58,465 bases of DNA from Candidatus Bathyarchaeota archaeon RBG_16_48_13 (GTDB lineage Archaea; Thermoproteota; Bathyarchaeia; RBG-16-48-13): contig MEZH01000007.1 in the NCBI GenBank assembly GCA_001775995.1, positions 264,806-323,270 on the forward strand, read 5' to 3'. The position numbers were made by a program, and so were the translations under genes. A model generated the notes under the pieces. The model was not told the origin of the DNA. It worked only from the letters and a program-made list of their open reading frames with translations, and did not search any database. Positions 27,315-36,576 of the stretch are shown here, piece by piece; the stretch's first letter is position 1, and each line of letters begins with the position of its first letter.

Positions 27315-28577
27315 CTAAATGGTGCCGATTTCCCAGCTCGCGAGGTATTTGCGCTGTTCCTCTGTTAGGGTATCTATCTGCACGCCCATGGATTCGAGCT
27401 TGTGCTGGGCCACGGAGAGGTCTAGTTTCTCCGGGACAGTGTAAACCTTTGGCTTCAGCTCCTTTCCGTGGTTCTTTATGTATTCGGCGCTGAGGCTCTG
27501 GTTTGCGAAGGACATATCCATGACCTCACTGGGGTGGCCTTCCGCGGCCGCCAAGTTGACCAGCCGGCCATCTGCAAGGAGGTAGAGGTGTTTCCCATTC
27601 TTGAAAACGTATTCCTCAACGTTCTCTCGGATCTTCCTCTTCGCCTTGGCAAGATTCTCCAGGTCGTTTATGGCGAGTTCGACGTTGAAGTGGCCGCTGT
27701 TCGCCAGGATGGCCAAGTCCTTCATCTTGGACATATGTTTGGCTGTTATAACGTTGATGTTGCCGGTAACAGTCACGAATATGTCGCCGACCTCGGCAGC
27801 CTCGTCCATGGTGGAGACGGTGAAGCCGTCCATAATGGCCTCAAGTGCTTTCAGAGGATTAACCTCGGTGACGATGACGTTGGACCCCATGCCCCTCGCC
27901 CTCATAGCTAGGCCCCTACCGCACCACCCATAGCCAGCGACTACGAAGGTTTTTCCGGCCAAGAGGACGTTGGTGGCCCGAAGTATGCCGTCGAGGGTGC
28001 TCTGGCCCGTCCCGTACCTATTGTCGAAAAGGTATTTTGTGTAGGCGTCGTTGACAGCTATGATGGGATATTTAAGCTCACCTCGTTCGGCCATCGCCCT
28101 GAGTCTAACTACACCCGTGGTGGTTTCCTCAGTGCCACCTATGACATTCGTCAGGAGGGGTCGCTTCTTGGTGTGGAGGGTTGTGACCAGGTCAGCACCA
28201 TCGTCCATGGTGACGTTGGGTTCGATCTTTAGTGCGTTCTCTATGCAGTGGAAATATTCATCTGGATTTTGGCCGCGCCATGCATACACTGCGACGCCTT
28301 CCTCGGCCAAGGCCGCAGCCACTTCGTCTTGAGTGGAGAGCGGATTGGATCCACAAAGGGAGACCTGGGCTCCTCCAACCCTCAGCGTCCTGACAAGGAC
28401 ACCTGTCTCCTTCGTGACATGCAGGCACGCCGCCAGCTTGACCCCTTCGAGGGGTTTCTCCATCTGGAAGCGCGCCTTGATCTTCATGAGGACAGGCATG
28501 TGATCTTCTGCCCATTGCATGAGAGAGTGTCCATCCTCAGCGAGTGCAATATCCTTTACCTGATACTCTTTCGCCAA
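27315..28577 (-). CDS. ahcY: Adenosylhomocysteinase
   Basis: [44 protein letters not shown]. Confidence 0.97.
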   Translation of the reverse strand: MAKEYQVKDIALAEDGHSLMQWAEDHMPVLMKIKARFQMEKPLEGVKLAACLHVTKETGVLVRTLRVGGAQVSLCGSNPLSTQDEVAAALAEEGVAVYAWRGQNPDEYFHCIENALKIEPNVTMDDGADLVTTLHTKKRPLLTNVIGGTEETTTGVVRLRAMAERGELKYPIIAVNDAYTKYLFDNRYGTGQSTLDGILRATNVLLAGKTFVVAGYGWCGRGLAMRARGMGSNVIVTEVNPLKALEAIMDGFTVSTMDEAAEVGDIFVTVTGNINVITAKHMSKMKDLAILANSGHFNVELAINDLENLAKAKRKIRENVEEYVFKNGKHLYLLADGRLVNLAAAEGHPSEVMDMSFANQSLSAEYIKNHGKELKPKVYTVPEKLDLSVAQHKLESMGVQIDTLTEEQRKYLASWEIGTI

Positions 28578-28708
28578 AAGTCTCGACCTCGGTACATCCC
28601 TTTTCGGGTTCGTTTCACCAGATAAAAGCTCAGCTGCAACTTAATATATATTGCACAAAGGTTTTATCGGCGGTGGGCTGGTAGAATAATCTAAAATAAA
28701 AGGGAAAG

Positions 28709-29131
28709 ATGATTGCCGTGGACCTCAGAGAATACGAGAAGAACCTCGACCTTGCACTCAGCCAGCTCCCCCAAATGAAGGAGGCAAGGGACAGGTTCGA
28801 GATGCCGAAGCTGCAAGTCAACGTTAGTGGCAACAGGACGACGATCGCCAACTTCAAGGAGGTATGCGACGCCATCAACAGGGATCCGATGCACGTTATG
28901 AAGTTCCTCGCCAAGGAGATGGCAACCTCTGGAACGATCGAAGGGGGGCGGGTAGTGTTCCAAGGGAAGTTCTGGGAGGACGCCCTGACAAGGCTCATGG
29001 GTCGATACGTCAAGGAGTTCGTCATCTGCAGCACCTGCGGCAGGCCAGACACCAAGATCGTGAAGCAGGAAAGGTTCTTCTTTTTGGTGTGCGAGGCGTG
29101 TGGCGCGAGGGCACCGATGAGGCACGTATAG
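28709..29131 (+). CDS. eif2b: Translation initiation factor aIF-2 beta subunit
   Basis: RFEMP, NRTTIANF, RDP.H, CSTCGRPDT...CEACGA. Confidence 0.95.
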   Translation: MIAVDLREYEKNLDLALSQLPQMKEARDRFEMPKLQVNVSGNRTTIANFKEVCDAINRDPMHVMKFLAKEMATSGTIEGGRVVFQGKFWEDALTRLMGRYVKEFVICSTCGRPDTKIVKQERFFFLVCEACGARAPMRHV

Positions 29132-29135
29132 TGGA

Positions 29136-29447
29136 GTGACCGGAGCGATGCCAAGCGCCTACGTGAACGTGATCAGGGCCCAGGGACAGGTCTTAGTGGC
29201 AGCTTGCGACGAGGGCATCCTAGGCAAGACGCTCACCGACGGGAAGATCAGGTTCGAGGTGAAAAGCTCCTTCTATAAGGGGAACAAGATGGACGTGGAC
29301 AGGGCGCTGGAGCTGATAGACAACTGCACAATAGCGAACCTTGTAGGCACGGAAATCGTTGGGAAGGCAGTCGATGCGGGGCTGGTCCATCCTCAGGGTA
29401 TACTGAAGATCTGCGGCGTGCCTCACGCTCAAATAGTGAAGCTCTAA
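29136..29447 (+). CDS. DUF424 family protein
   Basis: LVAACDEGILGK...FYKG...IANLVG...VPHAQIV. Confidence 0.88.
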   Translation: MTGAMPSAYVNVIRAQGQVLVAACDEGILGKTLTDGKIRFEVKSSFYKGNKMDVDRALELIDNCTIANLVGTEIVGKAVDAGLVHPQGILKICGVPHAQIVKL

Positions 29448-30119
29448 AGTCCAAAGAAAGTTGGATCTATAGCGCTCGTGCATACTAGAAAAATGAGTGG
29501 GCACTTACTTTTGAGTTGTCCCATAAGACAAGGTGGGAAGGTAACCTCTAAGAAGCGACCTTCATCAAGACTTCTGTCCGAGAGTTCGGGTAGGTAGAAT
29601 AGCGAGATGAAGCGGATTCCCAATCTCTTCTGTCTTGGAGGATATATTCATAGATTATCCTGATCCTAGTTCCCTCCTTATGTTTGCCGTCCTCAATCTG
29701 TTCATAGTGTGAATTGGCATAGGTATATGCTACCTTCCAATTGGAGGTCAGGCGCACCCCTCGTTCATCTCCAGTTCCCTTGAATGGAAGGTTTGAAGGG
29801 CCCAGTGCTCTAGCTACTACAATCTCGACCGATTTGGAGTCGCTTCTCCTTCTCGTCATGGATATTACTCAGGTTGGAAGTTTATTGTAGCGGGACACTA
29901 TTATGATCTTTCAAGAACTAGCTGTATCGCATTTGTAATATTTTTGTGTACTAAGAGTTATCATTAGTAAACCATATGAATTTGTTGCCAGGGATATGTG
30001 TAAGAAATAGGCGATTAAACACGCACCCTAAGGCTAGGGCGTGATATTCCCTGGCACCCATGGGCATAAGTTTAAGATCACTCGCCAGCGATAAGTCTAG
30101 AAGAGATGGGGCTAGAAGG

Positions 30120-30422
30120 ATGGGAAAGAAGAAGGTTCTTAGCGAGGACGAAATAGGAGAGATGGTCTACCCCAAACAGGGGGAGATCCTTGGCATAGTC
30201 ACGCAGCTCCTCGGGTACGACAGGCTCAATGTCAAATGCAACGATGGCGTTGAAAGGCTCTGCCGGATAAAGGGAAGGATGAAGCGTAAGGTCTGGATCA
30301 AGGTCAACGACATTGTAGTGGTGGCGCCCTGGGACTTTCAGGACAAGCGGGGCGACATTATCTGGAGGTACACGAAGGGCCAAAACCAGTGGCTCAGAAA
30401 CCACGGATACTTGAAAATCTGA
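30120..30422 (+). CDS. eif1a: Translation initiation factor aIF-1A
   Basis: GIVTQLLGYDR..V.C.DG..RLCRIKGRMKRKVWI..NDIVVVAPWDFQ. Confidence 0.96.
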   Translation: MGKKKVLSEDEIGEMVYPKQGEILGIVTQLLGYDRLNVKCNDGVERLCRIKGRMKRKVWIKVNDIVVVAPWDFQDKRGDIIWRYTKGQNQWLRNHGYLKI

Positions 30423-30461
30423 CAGTTTTTGGAGATTATTGGGGAGAGAATTCGCTCTTTT

Positions 30462-31250
30462 ATGAGGGAAGTCGTCGAGAGAAGGCTCTGGCGCCTCGAA
30501 AAGAGGCACGACAAGGAGCAGTTCGTGAAGCGCAAGCGCTCTGAGGACTACGGGACGCTTGAGGAAGTCTTCGACAAGCCGACCCTCATGACTATTTACA
30601 GGATGCTGAACACGGGTGCGCTGCGAGGGCTCTACGGCATCCTGAACACCGGGAAGGAAGCTCGGGTCTACTTAGGTGAGCTGCCTGACGGTAGCGAGGT
30701 GGCCGTAAAGATTTACTTGACCACCTCCTCTGAGTTCAAGAAGGGCATGCTGATGTACATCGAGGGGGACCCGAGGTTCACCCGAGTCAGGAAGGACACC
30801 CGATCCCTGGTTTACACATGGGCTATGAAGGAGTACAGGAACCTCCTCGCCGCTTTCTACGCAGGGGTCAAGGTGCCGAAGCCCATGAAGGTTGAGAAGA
30901 ACGTGTTGCTCATGGAGTTCATAGGGAAGGATGGCTCTCCGGCTCCGCTCCTCAGGGAGACCCACGCCGAAGATATGCACCAGATCTACAGGACTCTCAT
31001 GAAGTACGTCAGGGCCATGTACAGGAAGGCTCAGCTGGTACACGGAGACCTAAGTGAGTACAATGTCATGATTTACAAGGGGAAACCGGTCGTCTTCGAC
31101 CTCTCCCAAGCCGTCCTTACTGCTCACCCTAGGGCTAAGGAGTATCTCCAGAGGGACCTCTCCAACCTCGAGAGATACTTTGGGAACCTTGGGGTGGAGG
31201 TCAAGCCTATGGACAAGGCGTATGAATGGGTGACAGGGGGCAAGGAGTAG
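30462..31250 (+). CDS. rio1: RIO1 serine kinase/ATPase
   Basis: TGKEARVY, VAVKIY, VHGDLSEYNV, FDLSQAV. Confidence 0.95.
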   Translation: MREVVERRLWRLEKRHDKEQFVKRKRSEDYGTLEEVFDKPTLMTIYRMLNTGALRGLYGILNTGKEARVYLGELPDGSEVAVKIYLTTSSEFKKGMLMYIEGDPRFTRVRKDTRSLVYTWAMKEYRNLLAAFYAGVKVPKPMKVEKNVLLMEFIGKDGSPAPLLRETHAEDMHQIYRTLMKYVRAMYRKAQLVHGDLSEYNVMIYKGKPVVFDLSQAVLTAHPRAKEYLQRDLSNLERYFGNLGVEVKPMDKAYEWVTGGKE

Positions 31251-31820
31251 ATGAACTTCAAAATCCCATTGGACAGGGTCGGTGTTATCATAGGGCCGAA
31301 GGGTTCTACTAAGAGGAAGATTGAGGAGAACTGTGACGTCAGCATCAAAGTTGACGGCGAAACAGGCGACATAGAAGTGATATCGACCTCCCCAAGCGAT
31401 CCCTCAGGAGTTCTGAACGCCCAGAACGTGGTAAATGCTATTGGAAGGGGCTTCTCGCCAGAAAAGGCGTTCCTGCTTTTCAGCGATGAGCGTTACCTAG
31501 AAATATTAGACCTGCGGGATTATCTGGGAAAGTCTCCTGAGAACATCAGGCGAATCAAGGCTAGGTTGATAGGCTCGAAGGGAAAAGCGTGGAGGCTGAT
31601 GGAGGAGCTGAGCGGCGTCGACCTCGCTATCTATGGCCACACAGTAGCCATTATTGGCTACTTAGGCAGAATCGGGATAGCCAAGGAAGCCATACAGATG
31701 ATCATTCAGGGCAACCAGCATGGAACGGTTTACTCCTTCCTACTGAACAAGAAGCGGGAGATAAAGAAGGCTAGAATCCAACTTTGGGAAGAGTCACCGA
31801 AGGGCGAGGAAAGGGACTGA
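31251..31820 (+). CDS. KH-domain ribosome-biogenesis protein (Dim2/Pno1/Krr1)
   Basis: RVGVIIGPKG, AIGRGFSPE, RLIGSKG, YGHTVAIIG. Confidence 0.92.
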   Translation: MNFKIPLDRVGVIIGPKGSTKRKIEENCDVSIKVDGETGDIEVISTSPSDPSGVLNAQNVVNAIGRGFSPEKAFLLFSDERYLEILDLRDYLGKSPENIRRIKARLIGSKGKAWRLMEELSGVDLAIYGHTVAIIGYLGRIGIAKEAIQMIIQGNQHGTVYSFLLNKKREIKKARIQLWEESPKGEERD

Positions 31821-33349
31821 TGGTTCAAAATAAAGAGGTTTTCTCCGAGATAAGCCCAGCTGACTTCTTCTACCGGAATAGGGATATTGCGGGTTTCAGC
31901 AATCCCTCCCGCGCCATCTACTCAGCCATCAGAGAGTTCGTGGAGAACTCCTTGGACACTTGCGAGCTGAATGCCATACCACCTGATGTCTATATCAGGA
32001 TCTCCTACGTCTCCGGCGACATGGAGGGCCCAGCGACCTACAAGATACGGGTAGAGGACAACGGCGGGGGTGTCCCGCCGGAGCATATACCTATGGCTTT
32101 CGGAAGAGTCTTCTACGGCTCCAAGTACAAACTCCGTCAGACGAGGGGAACCTTCGGTCTTGGAGGCACCATGGCGATCCTCTACGGCCAAATAACGACG
32201 CATAAGCCAGTCTATGTCATGTCCAGCACCGGGACCAGCAAGATACACGAAAACGAGCTTACCATCGACATTCAGAGGAACAAACCTGTTGTCCTGTCCC
32301 AGCGGACCAAGGATAACAAGGCGAGGTGGCATGGGACGGTCGTAGAGCTCCAGATAGAGGGTGATTACTTCAGAGCCATGCCCAAGATTCTTGACTACTT
32401 CAAGCAGACGGCCATGGTGAGCCCCTACGCCGACATTGTATTCGTCGACCCTCGAGGCAGGCTTTACATGTTCCAACGGAATACTACCAAGATGCCAAGC
32501 GCCGCTAAGGAGGTAAAGCCCCATCCCTATGGCGTCGACGTCGAAACTATCCAGAGGATAACGAGGGCAACAGATGCGAAGGACATGGCCTCATTCATGA
32601 CTACCCATTTCCATAGGGTGGGAGAGAAGATAGCCCAGAAGTTCCTTAAAGAGGCGAAGATCGACCCCGACTTGGACCCAAAGAGACTCGCCTCCCACGA
32701 CATAGTCAGTCTTGTTCATCACTTGAAGAGCTTTAAAGAGTTCCTGCCACCCGACGCCAGCTGTCTCTCGCCTTTGGGGGAAGAACTGCTCGAGAAAGGG
32801 GTAAGGAAGGAGTTGACCCCCGAGTTCGTCGCCGTGGACCAGAGGAAGCCCGCAGCGTACTCCGGTTTCTCGTTCATCGTGGAGACCGCCATAGCCTACG
32901 GCGGAGAAGTTCAGAGACCGGGGATAGAGCTCTACAGGTTCGCCAACCGAATACCGCTCCTCTATGACGAGGCCAGCGACGTGTCATGGAAGGTGATCAG
33001 CACGCTTATCAACTGGAGGCACTACAAGATCGCCCCGGAGGTGCCCATAGCCATCATCGTCCATCTTTGCTCCACGAAGATACCGTACAAGAGCGTTGGG
33101 AAGGAGTTCATCGCCGACAGGCCTGAAGTCGAGAGGGAGATCCTCAACAGCGTTAGGGAGCTGGCGAGAAAGCTCTCACTTTTCATCTCCAGAAAGGCCA
33201 GCGTGGAGCGGGAGAAGGAGAAATTTGATATCTTCACCAAGTACATGCCGAAGATAGCGCACTTCTCCGCGAAGCTCGCAGGGAAGAGCAAGGATGCGAA
33301 CATAGAGCCCCTCCTGAAGAACATAAGCAAGCTTGACCCTGAAGATTAG
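31820..33349 (+). CDS. top6B: DNA topoisomerase VI subunit B
   Basis: EFVENSLD, VEDNGGG, RGTFGLGG GHKL motifs; RFANRIPLL. Confidence 0.97.
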   Translation: MVQNKEVFSEISPADFFYRNRDIAGFSNPSRAIYSAIREFVENSLDTCELNAIPPDVYIRISYVSGDMEGPATYKIRVEDNGGGVPPEHIPMAFGRVFYGSKYKLRQTRGTFGLGGTMAILYGQITTHKPVYVMSSTGTSKIHENELTIDIQRNKPVVLSQRTKDNKARWHGTVVELQIEGDYFRAMPKILDYFKQTAMVSPYADIVFVDPRGRLYMFQRNTTKMPSAAKEVKPHPYGVDVETIQRITRATDAKDMASFMTTHFHRVGEKIAQKFLKEAKIDPDLDPKRLASHDIVSLVHHLKSFKEFLPPDASCLSPLGEELLEKGVRKELTPEFVAVDQRKPAAYSGFSFIVETAIAYGGEVQRPGIELYRFANRIPLLYDEASDVSWKVISTLINWRHYKIAPEVPIAIIVHLCSTKIPYKSVGKEFIADRPEVEREILNSVRELARKLSLFISRKASVEREKEKFDIFTKYMPKIAHFSAKLAGKSKDANIEPLLKNISKLDPED

Positions 33350-33397
33350 AACCAATAGCACCTCTCGAATGTTTAGTCAATACAAGACCAGCGCGTA

Positions 33398-33541
33398 TGG
33401 CGCCGCCGGAAGGACTCGAACCTTCGACCAACGGGTTTCCGTTCCCGTTTTAAGAGGATTAACAGCTTCAGCCCCTTGCATCATTTTGAAGGGTCCGCTG
33501 CTCTACCGACTGAGCTTTCGTCCATGATTGCGTACGGCGGC
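33398..33541 (-). tRNA. tRNA-Asn(GTT) with three introns (about 9/10: 33532-33516; 30/31: 33494-33467; 37/38: 33459-33437)
   Basis: Removing 17+28+23 nt gives a 76-nt cloverleaf with GCGGG CT GTT AA CCCGT; clear BHBs at the last two introns. Confidence 0.9.
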
Positions 33542-33657
33542 CCAGGGGCCTCTTCGGCGGCGCTACTTTTTGGAGATTTGATGCTCTATTTAAGTTTTGA
33601 GAAGGCTCATGGAAAACGTTTAAATCAAGATCGGAAAGAGCTATTCTTTGTCTCGGC

Positions 33658-33752
33658 GGGCCCGTAGCTCAGCTAGGTTAGAGCGACAGGCTCATAATCG
33701 AACGTAATGAGAGACCTGTTGGCCGGGTGTTCAAGTCGCCCCGGGCCCACCA
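33658..33752 (+). tRNA. tRNA with CAT anticodon, probably Ile2 (agmatidine-modified); canonical intron 33697-33713
   Basis: GGGCCCG acceptor stem, A73, ACAGG CT CAT A|A CCTGT; BHB helix CTCA/TGAG. Confidence 0.88.
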
Positions 33753-33759
33753 CTTTCGC

Positions 33760-34735
33760 TGACAGGGAGCAGCAAGACATTAGTATATCTCGATCATTTT
33801 TTTCTGCATCTCAGTACTAGCATGCACGCGCAGCTGACCAGTTATGCAAACGCATGTTCATTGGTTTAGGGAATAAGATAAGTTCGTGCCAAGCTAGAGC
33901 GGGTTAGTGGCAGCTGGGTAGCGTGTTCCGAGGAGGACCAGTAAAAATGCCGGGTCAATCGCTAAGGTGACTAGGACCTTCAGCTGAGGGGGCTAGCTAA
34001 GGCGTGAGCAAGCAAAGCAAACGACCAAGCAAACCAAGCAAGCAAACGAAGCAAACAAAGCGAAGGGGCCTTTCCATGCTCCTGGCCCGGCTGCAAACTG
34101 ACTTTCAAGAGCGAACATGCTCGAGCCGGGCATCTGCCCACCCATTATGCTGAGGAGCGAATGAAAAAATTGCTGAGCCAGGCTCAAATAGCTCGCGGGG
34201 CTGAGCCAGGCTGAGCTAAATTTGCCGCCGCCTCCGCCAGGTCTCAGCACCCCTAGTGACTCCCAAAACACCCCTAGCGCTACTAGTAGCCCCACAGGGG
34301 GTGTAGAGGGCTCAGAAGGGTTGAAGGAAGTGAACGAAACGAGCAAAGAGAGTGAGCAAACGAGCCAGGCTAGCAAAATGAGCAAAAAGGAGCTAAAATC
34401 GAGCCAGGCTAGCGAGGCTGAGCAAAAGAAGGATCTGAAGAACCCCATAGACGACAGGCTAGCCAGGCTCGGCTTCGACCCCGAAGCGATGATGGCGTCG
34501 ATAACTGCGAAGGTCAACAAGCCCGTCAAGGACCAGCTGAAAGCAAAGGGCCTCATTCAGGAGGTGGGCAGCGATGATGATGGTTCCAAGTACAGAGATA
34601 CGCCAGAGGTGATACAGGTCCACGAGGTGCCGGGCAAAGGGTTCATTTCACCGAAGCTGGTTGACTTCGAGCCATTGGTGCCCCAGTTCACTTGTCTATT
34701 CGTGGATCTAAGTCGCTCAAGCTGTCATACCAATT
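33760..34735. mobile_element. Probable decayed integrated-element remnant between the tRNA-Ile2 3' end and the guaA 3' end
   Basis: Low-complexity AGCAA and AGCCAGGCT repeats, a 49-aa basic ORF (34004-34153) and a frameshifted ORF from 34161; no integrase or att repeat seen. Confidence 0.45.
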
Positions 34736-36274
34736 CTAACATGGTTCGATGGTTGACGGCGGCTTCGAGGTTATGGCGTATGTCACCCATGTGACCCCCC
34801 GAATCTCATTCGTTATGCGGGTGCTTATCCTTTCGAGCAGTTGCGGAGGGAGTCGCATCCAGTCGGCGGTCATGCCATCCGTTGACTCCACAACCCTAAC
34901 TGTGACAATGTGGCCCGAGCATCTTTCGTCCCCCATAACACCAACAGCTTTGTCGTCGCCCACCATTGCGAAGGCTTGCCACGCCTTGCCATAGATCTTG
35001 ATCTTCCTCAATTCCTCCTCCACTATGGCGCTGGCCTCTCTGCAGATGTACAGCTTATCTGAGGTTATTTCTCCTAATATCCGTACAGCCAACCCGGGGC
35101 CTGGGAAGGGATGCCGGTTCACTATCTCTCCCGGCAAGCCTATGATTGCAGCAACTTCCCTGACTTCGTCCTTGTAGAGGAACCGCAAGGGTTCTAGGAG
35201 CTGGAATTTCATCCACGACGGCAGACCTGCAACGTTGTGGTGCGTCTTGATCCTTGAGGCCTTGCCCGCGGTTGCCGCGCTCTCTATAACATCTGGATAG
35301 AGTGTCCCCTGTGCCAGCCACTTGAAGGCCCCAAGCTTCTTCGTTTCCTCGGAGAAGACCTTGATGAACTCTTCGCCTATTACCCTGCGTTTTTCCTCGG
35401 GGTCTGCGACGCCCTTCAATCTTCGCAAGAAGCGGTCAGAGGCGTCCACCTGGATTAGTTTGAGCTTGAAGCTATCTCGAAGTATTCTCAACACCTTGGT
35501 GGCCTCACTCTTCCTGAGAAGGCCGTGGTCGACAAAGACGCACGTCAGGTTCCTGCCTATGGCACGGTCGACCAAGAGGGCTGTGACCGTCGAGTCCACG
35601 CCTCCGCTGAGGGCGCAGACCACCTTCTCTCCCTTCACCTTCGCCCTTATTTCGTGCACAGCCTGGTCTACGAAGGACATCATCGTCCACGATGGCGTGC
35701 AGCCGCAGATCTTGAGAGCAAAGTTTTCGAGTATTGTCATTCCCTTCGGCGTATGGGTGACCTCGGGGTGGAACTGAAGACCGTATAGCGCTCTCTTCGA
35801 GTTCTCGATGGCGGCGTTCTCCGAGTTCCCGGTGTGGGCGACGCTCCTGAAGCCCAGCGGCAGGTGCGTAATGTGATCGCTGTGGCTCATCCAGCACACG
35901 GTCTTCTTCAACAGTCCCTCAAAGAGAAGGGAGGAATTATCCAATTCCACGACGGTCTTACCGTATTCCCTCTTCGACGCCTTCGCGACGACGCCGCCCA
36001 GAACCTTGGCGATGAGCTGGAGGCCGTAGCATATCCCCAATACCGGGATTCCAAGCGCAAAGATGCCGGCGTCTGGCATGGGTGCGCCTTTGTCGTAGAC
36101 GCTGGCCGGGCCGCCCGAAAGAATTATTCCCTTCGGGACGATTGATCTTATCTTCACCAAGGGCGTGTCGAAGGGGATCAGTTCCGAGTAGACTTTGAGT
36201 TGCCTCATCCTTCTGGTGATCAGGTGGGAATACTGTCCACCAAAGTCCAGAACAAGTACGGAGTCCTTTGGCAT
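34736..36274 (-). CDS. guaA: GMP synthase (glutamine-hydrolysing), single-chain fused form
   Basis: LDFGGQY, LGICYG, QFHPEV, LSGGVDS, QGTLYPDVIES, SKPPSTIE. Confidence 0.97.
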   Translation of the reverse strand: MPKDSVLVLDFGGQYSHLITRRMRQLKVYSELIPFDTPLVKIRSIVPKGIILSGGPASVYDKGAPMPDAGIFALGIPVLGICYGLQLIAKVLGGVVAKASKREYGKTVVELDNSSLLFEGLLKKTVCWMSHSDHITHLPLGFRSVAHTGNSENAAIENSKRALYGLQFHPEVTHTPKGMTILENFALKICGCTPSWTMMSFVDQAVHEIRAKVKGEKVVCALSGGVDSTVTALLVDRAIGRNLTCVFVDHGLLRKSEATKVLRILRDSFKLKLIQVDASDRFLRRLKGVADPEEKRRVIGEEFIKVFSEETKKLGAFKWLAQGTLYPDVIESAATAGKASRIKTHHNVAGLPSWMKFQLLEPLRFLYKDEVREVAAIIGLPGEIVNRHPFPGPGLAVRILGEITSDKLYICREASAIVEEELRKIKIYGKAWQAFAMVGDDKAVGVMGDERCSGHIVTVRVVESTDGMTADWMRLPPQLLERISTRITNEIRGVTWVTYAITSKPPSTIEPC

Positions 36275-36469
36275 GTGCTATTCCTTTTCCTATTAAGGAA
36301 TCAGTTTGTCGCTAAAAAAGGTAGCCGTAATGCCCATTGCCAGCCTCTGAATCTCATTCGCACTCGACCCGTTCGCCATAATCAGTGCTATAAAAGACGG
36401 AGAGTTCAAAATCCGGAAAGGATACGTCAACAAAAGCCTTTAGAACTACCGAATTTATTCGTATATGAA

Positions 36470-36576
36470 GCTCCGGTAGTATAGTCCGGTCAAGTATTCC
36501 GGCCTTTTCTCACCCCGTCAGAGGTGGGAGGCCAATCGAGCCGGAAACCCGGGTTCGAATCCCGGCCGGAGCACCA
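36470..36576 (+). tRNA. tRNA-Glu(TTC) with a 29-nt intron inside the anticodon (34/35: 36507-36535)
   Basis: GCTCCGG acceptor; BHB helix GGCC/GGCC with bulges TT|T and AA|T; splicing gives CCGGC CT TTC GA GCCGG. Confidence 0.92.

Noticed and set aside
29548-29859. 103-aa minus-strand ORF between DUF424 and eif1a
   Set aside because: No recognisable motif; could be a gene fragment but I cannot support a call.
33467-33494. C/D-like words (ATGATG, CTGA) in the tRNA-Asn 30/31 intron
   Set aside because: Too short to be a guide RNA, and CTGA is forced by BHB pairing with the exon.
33993-34556. 187-aa minus-strand ORF
   Set aside because: Antisense shadow of the low-complexity plus-strand repeats; no SD and no recognisable features.
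34736-36274. Fused guaA as a sign of bacterial transfer
   Set aside because: Single-chain GuaA occurs in several archaeal groups; not informative without a phylogeny.
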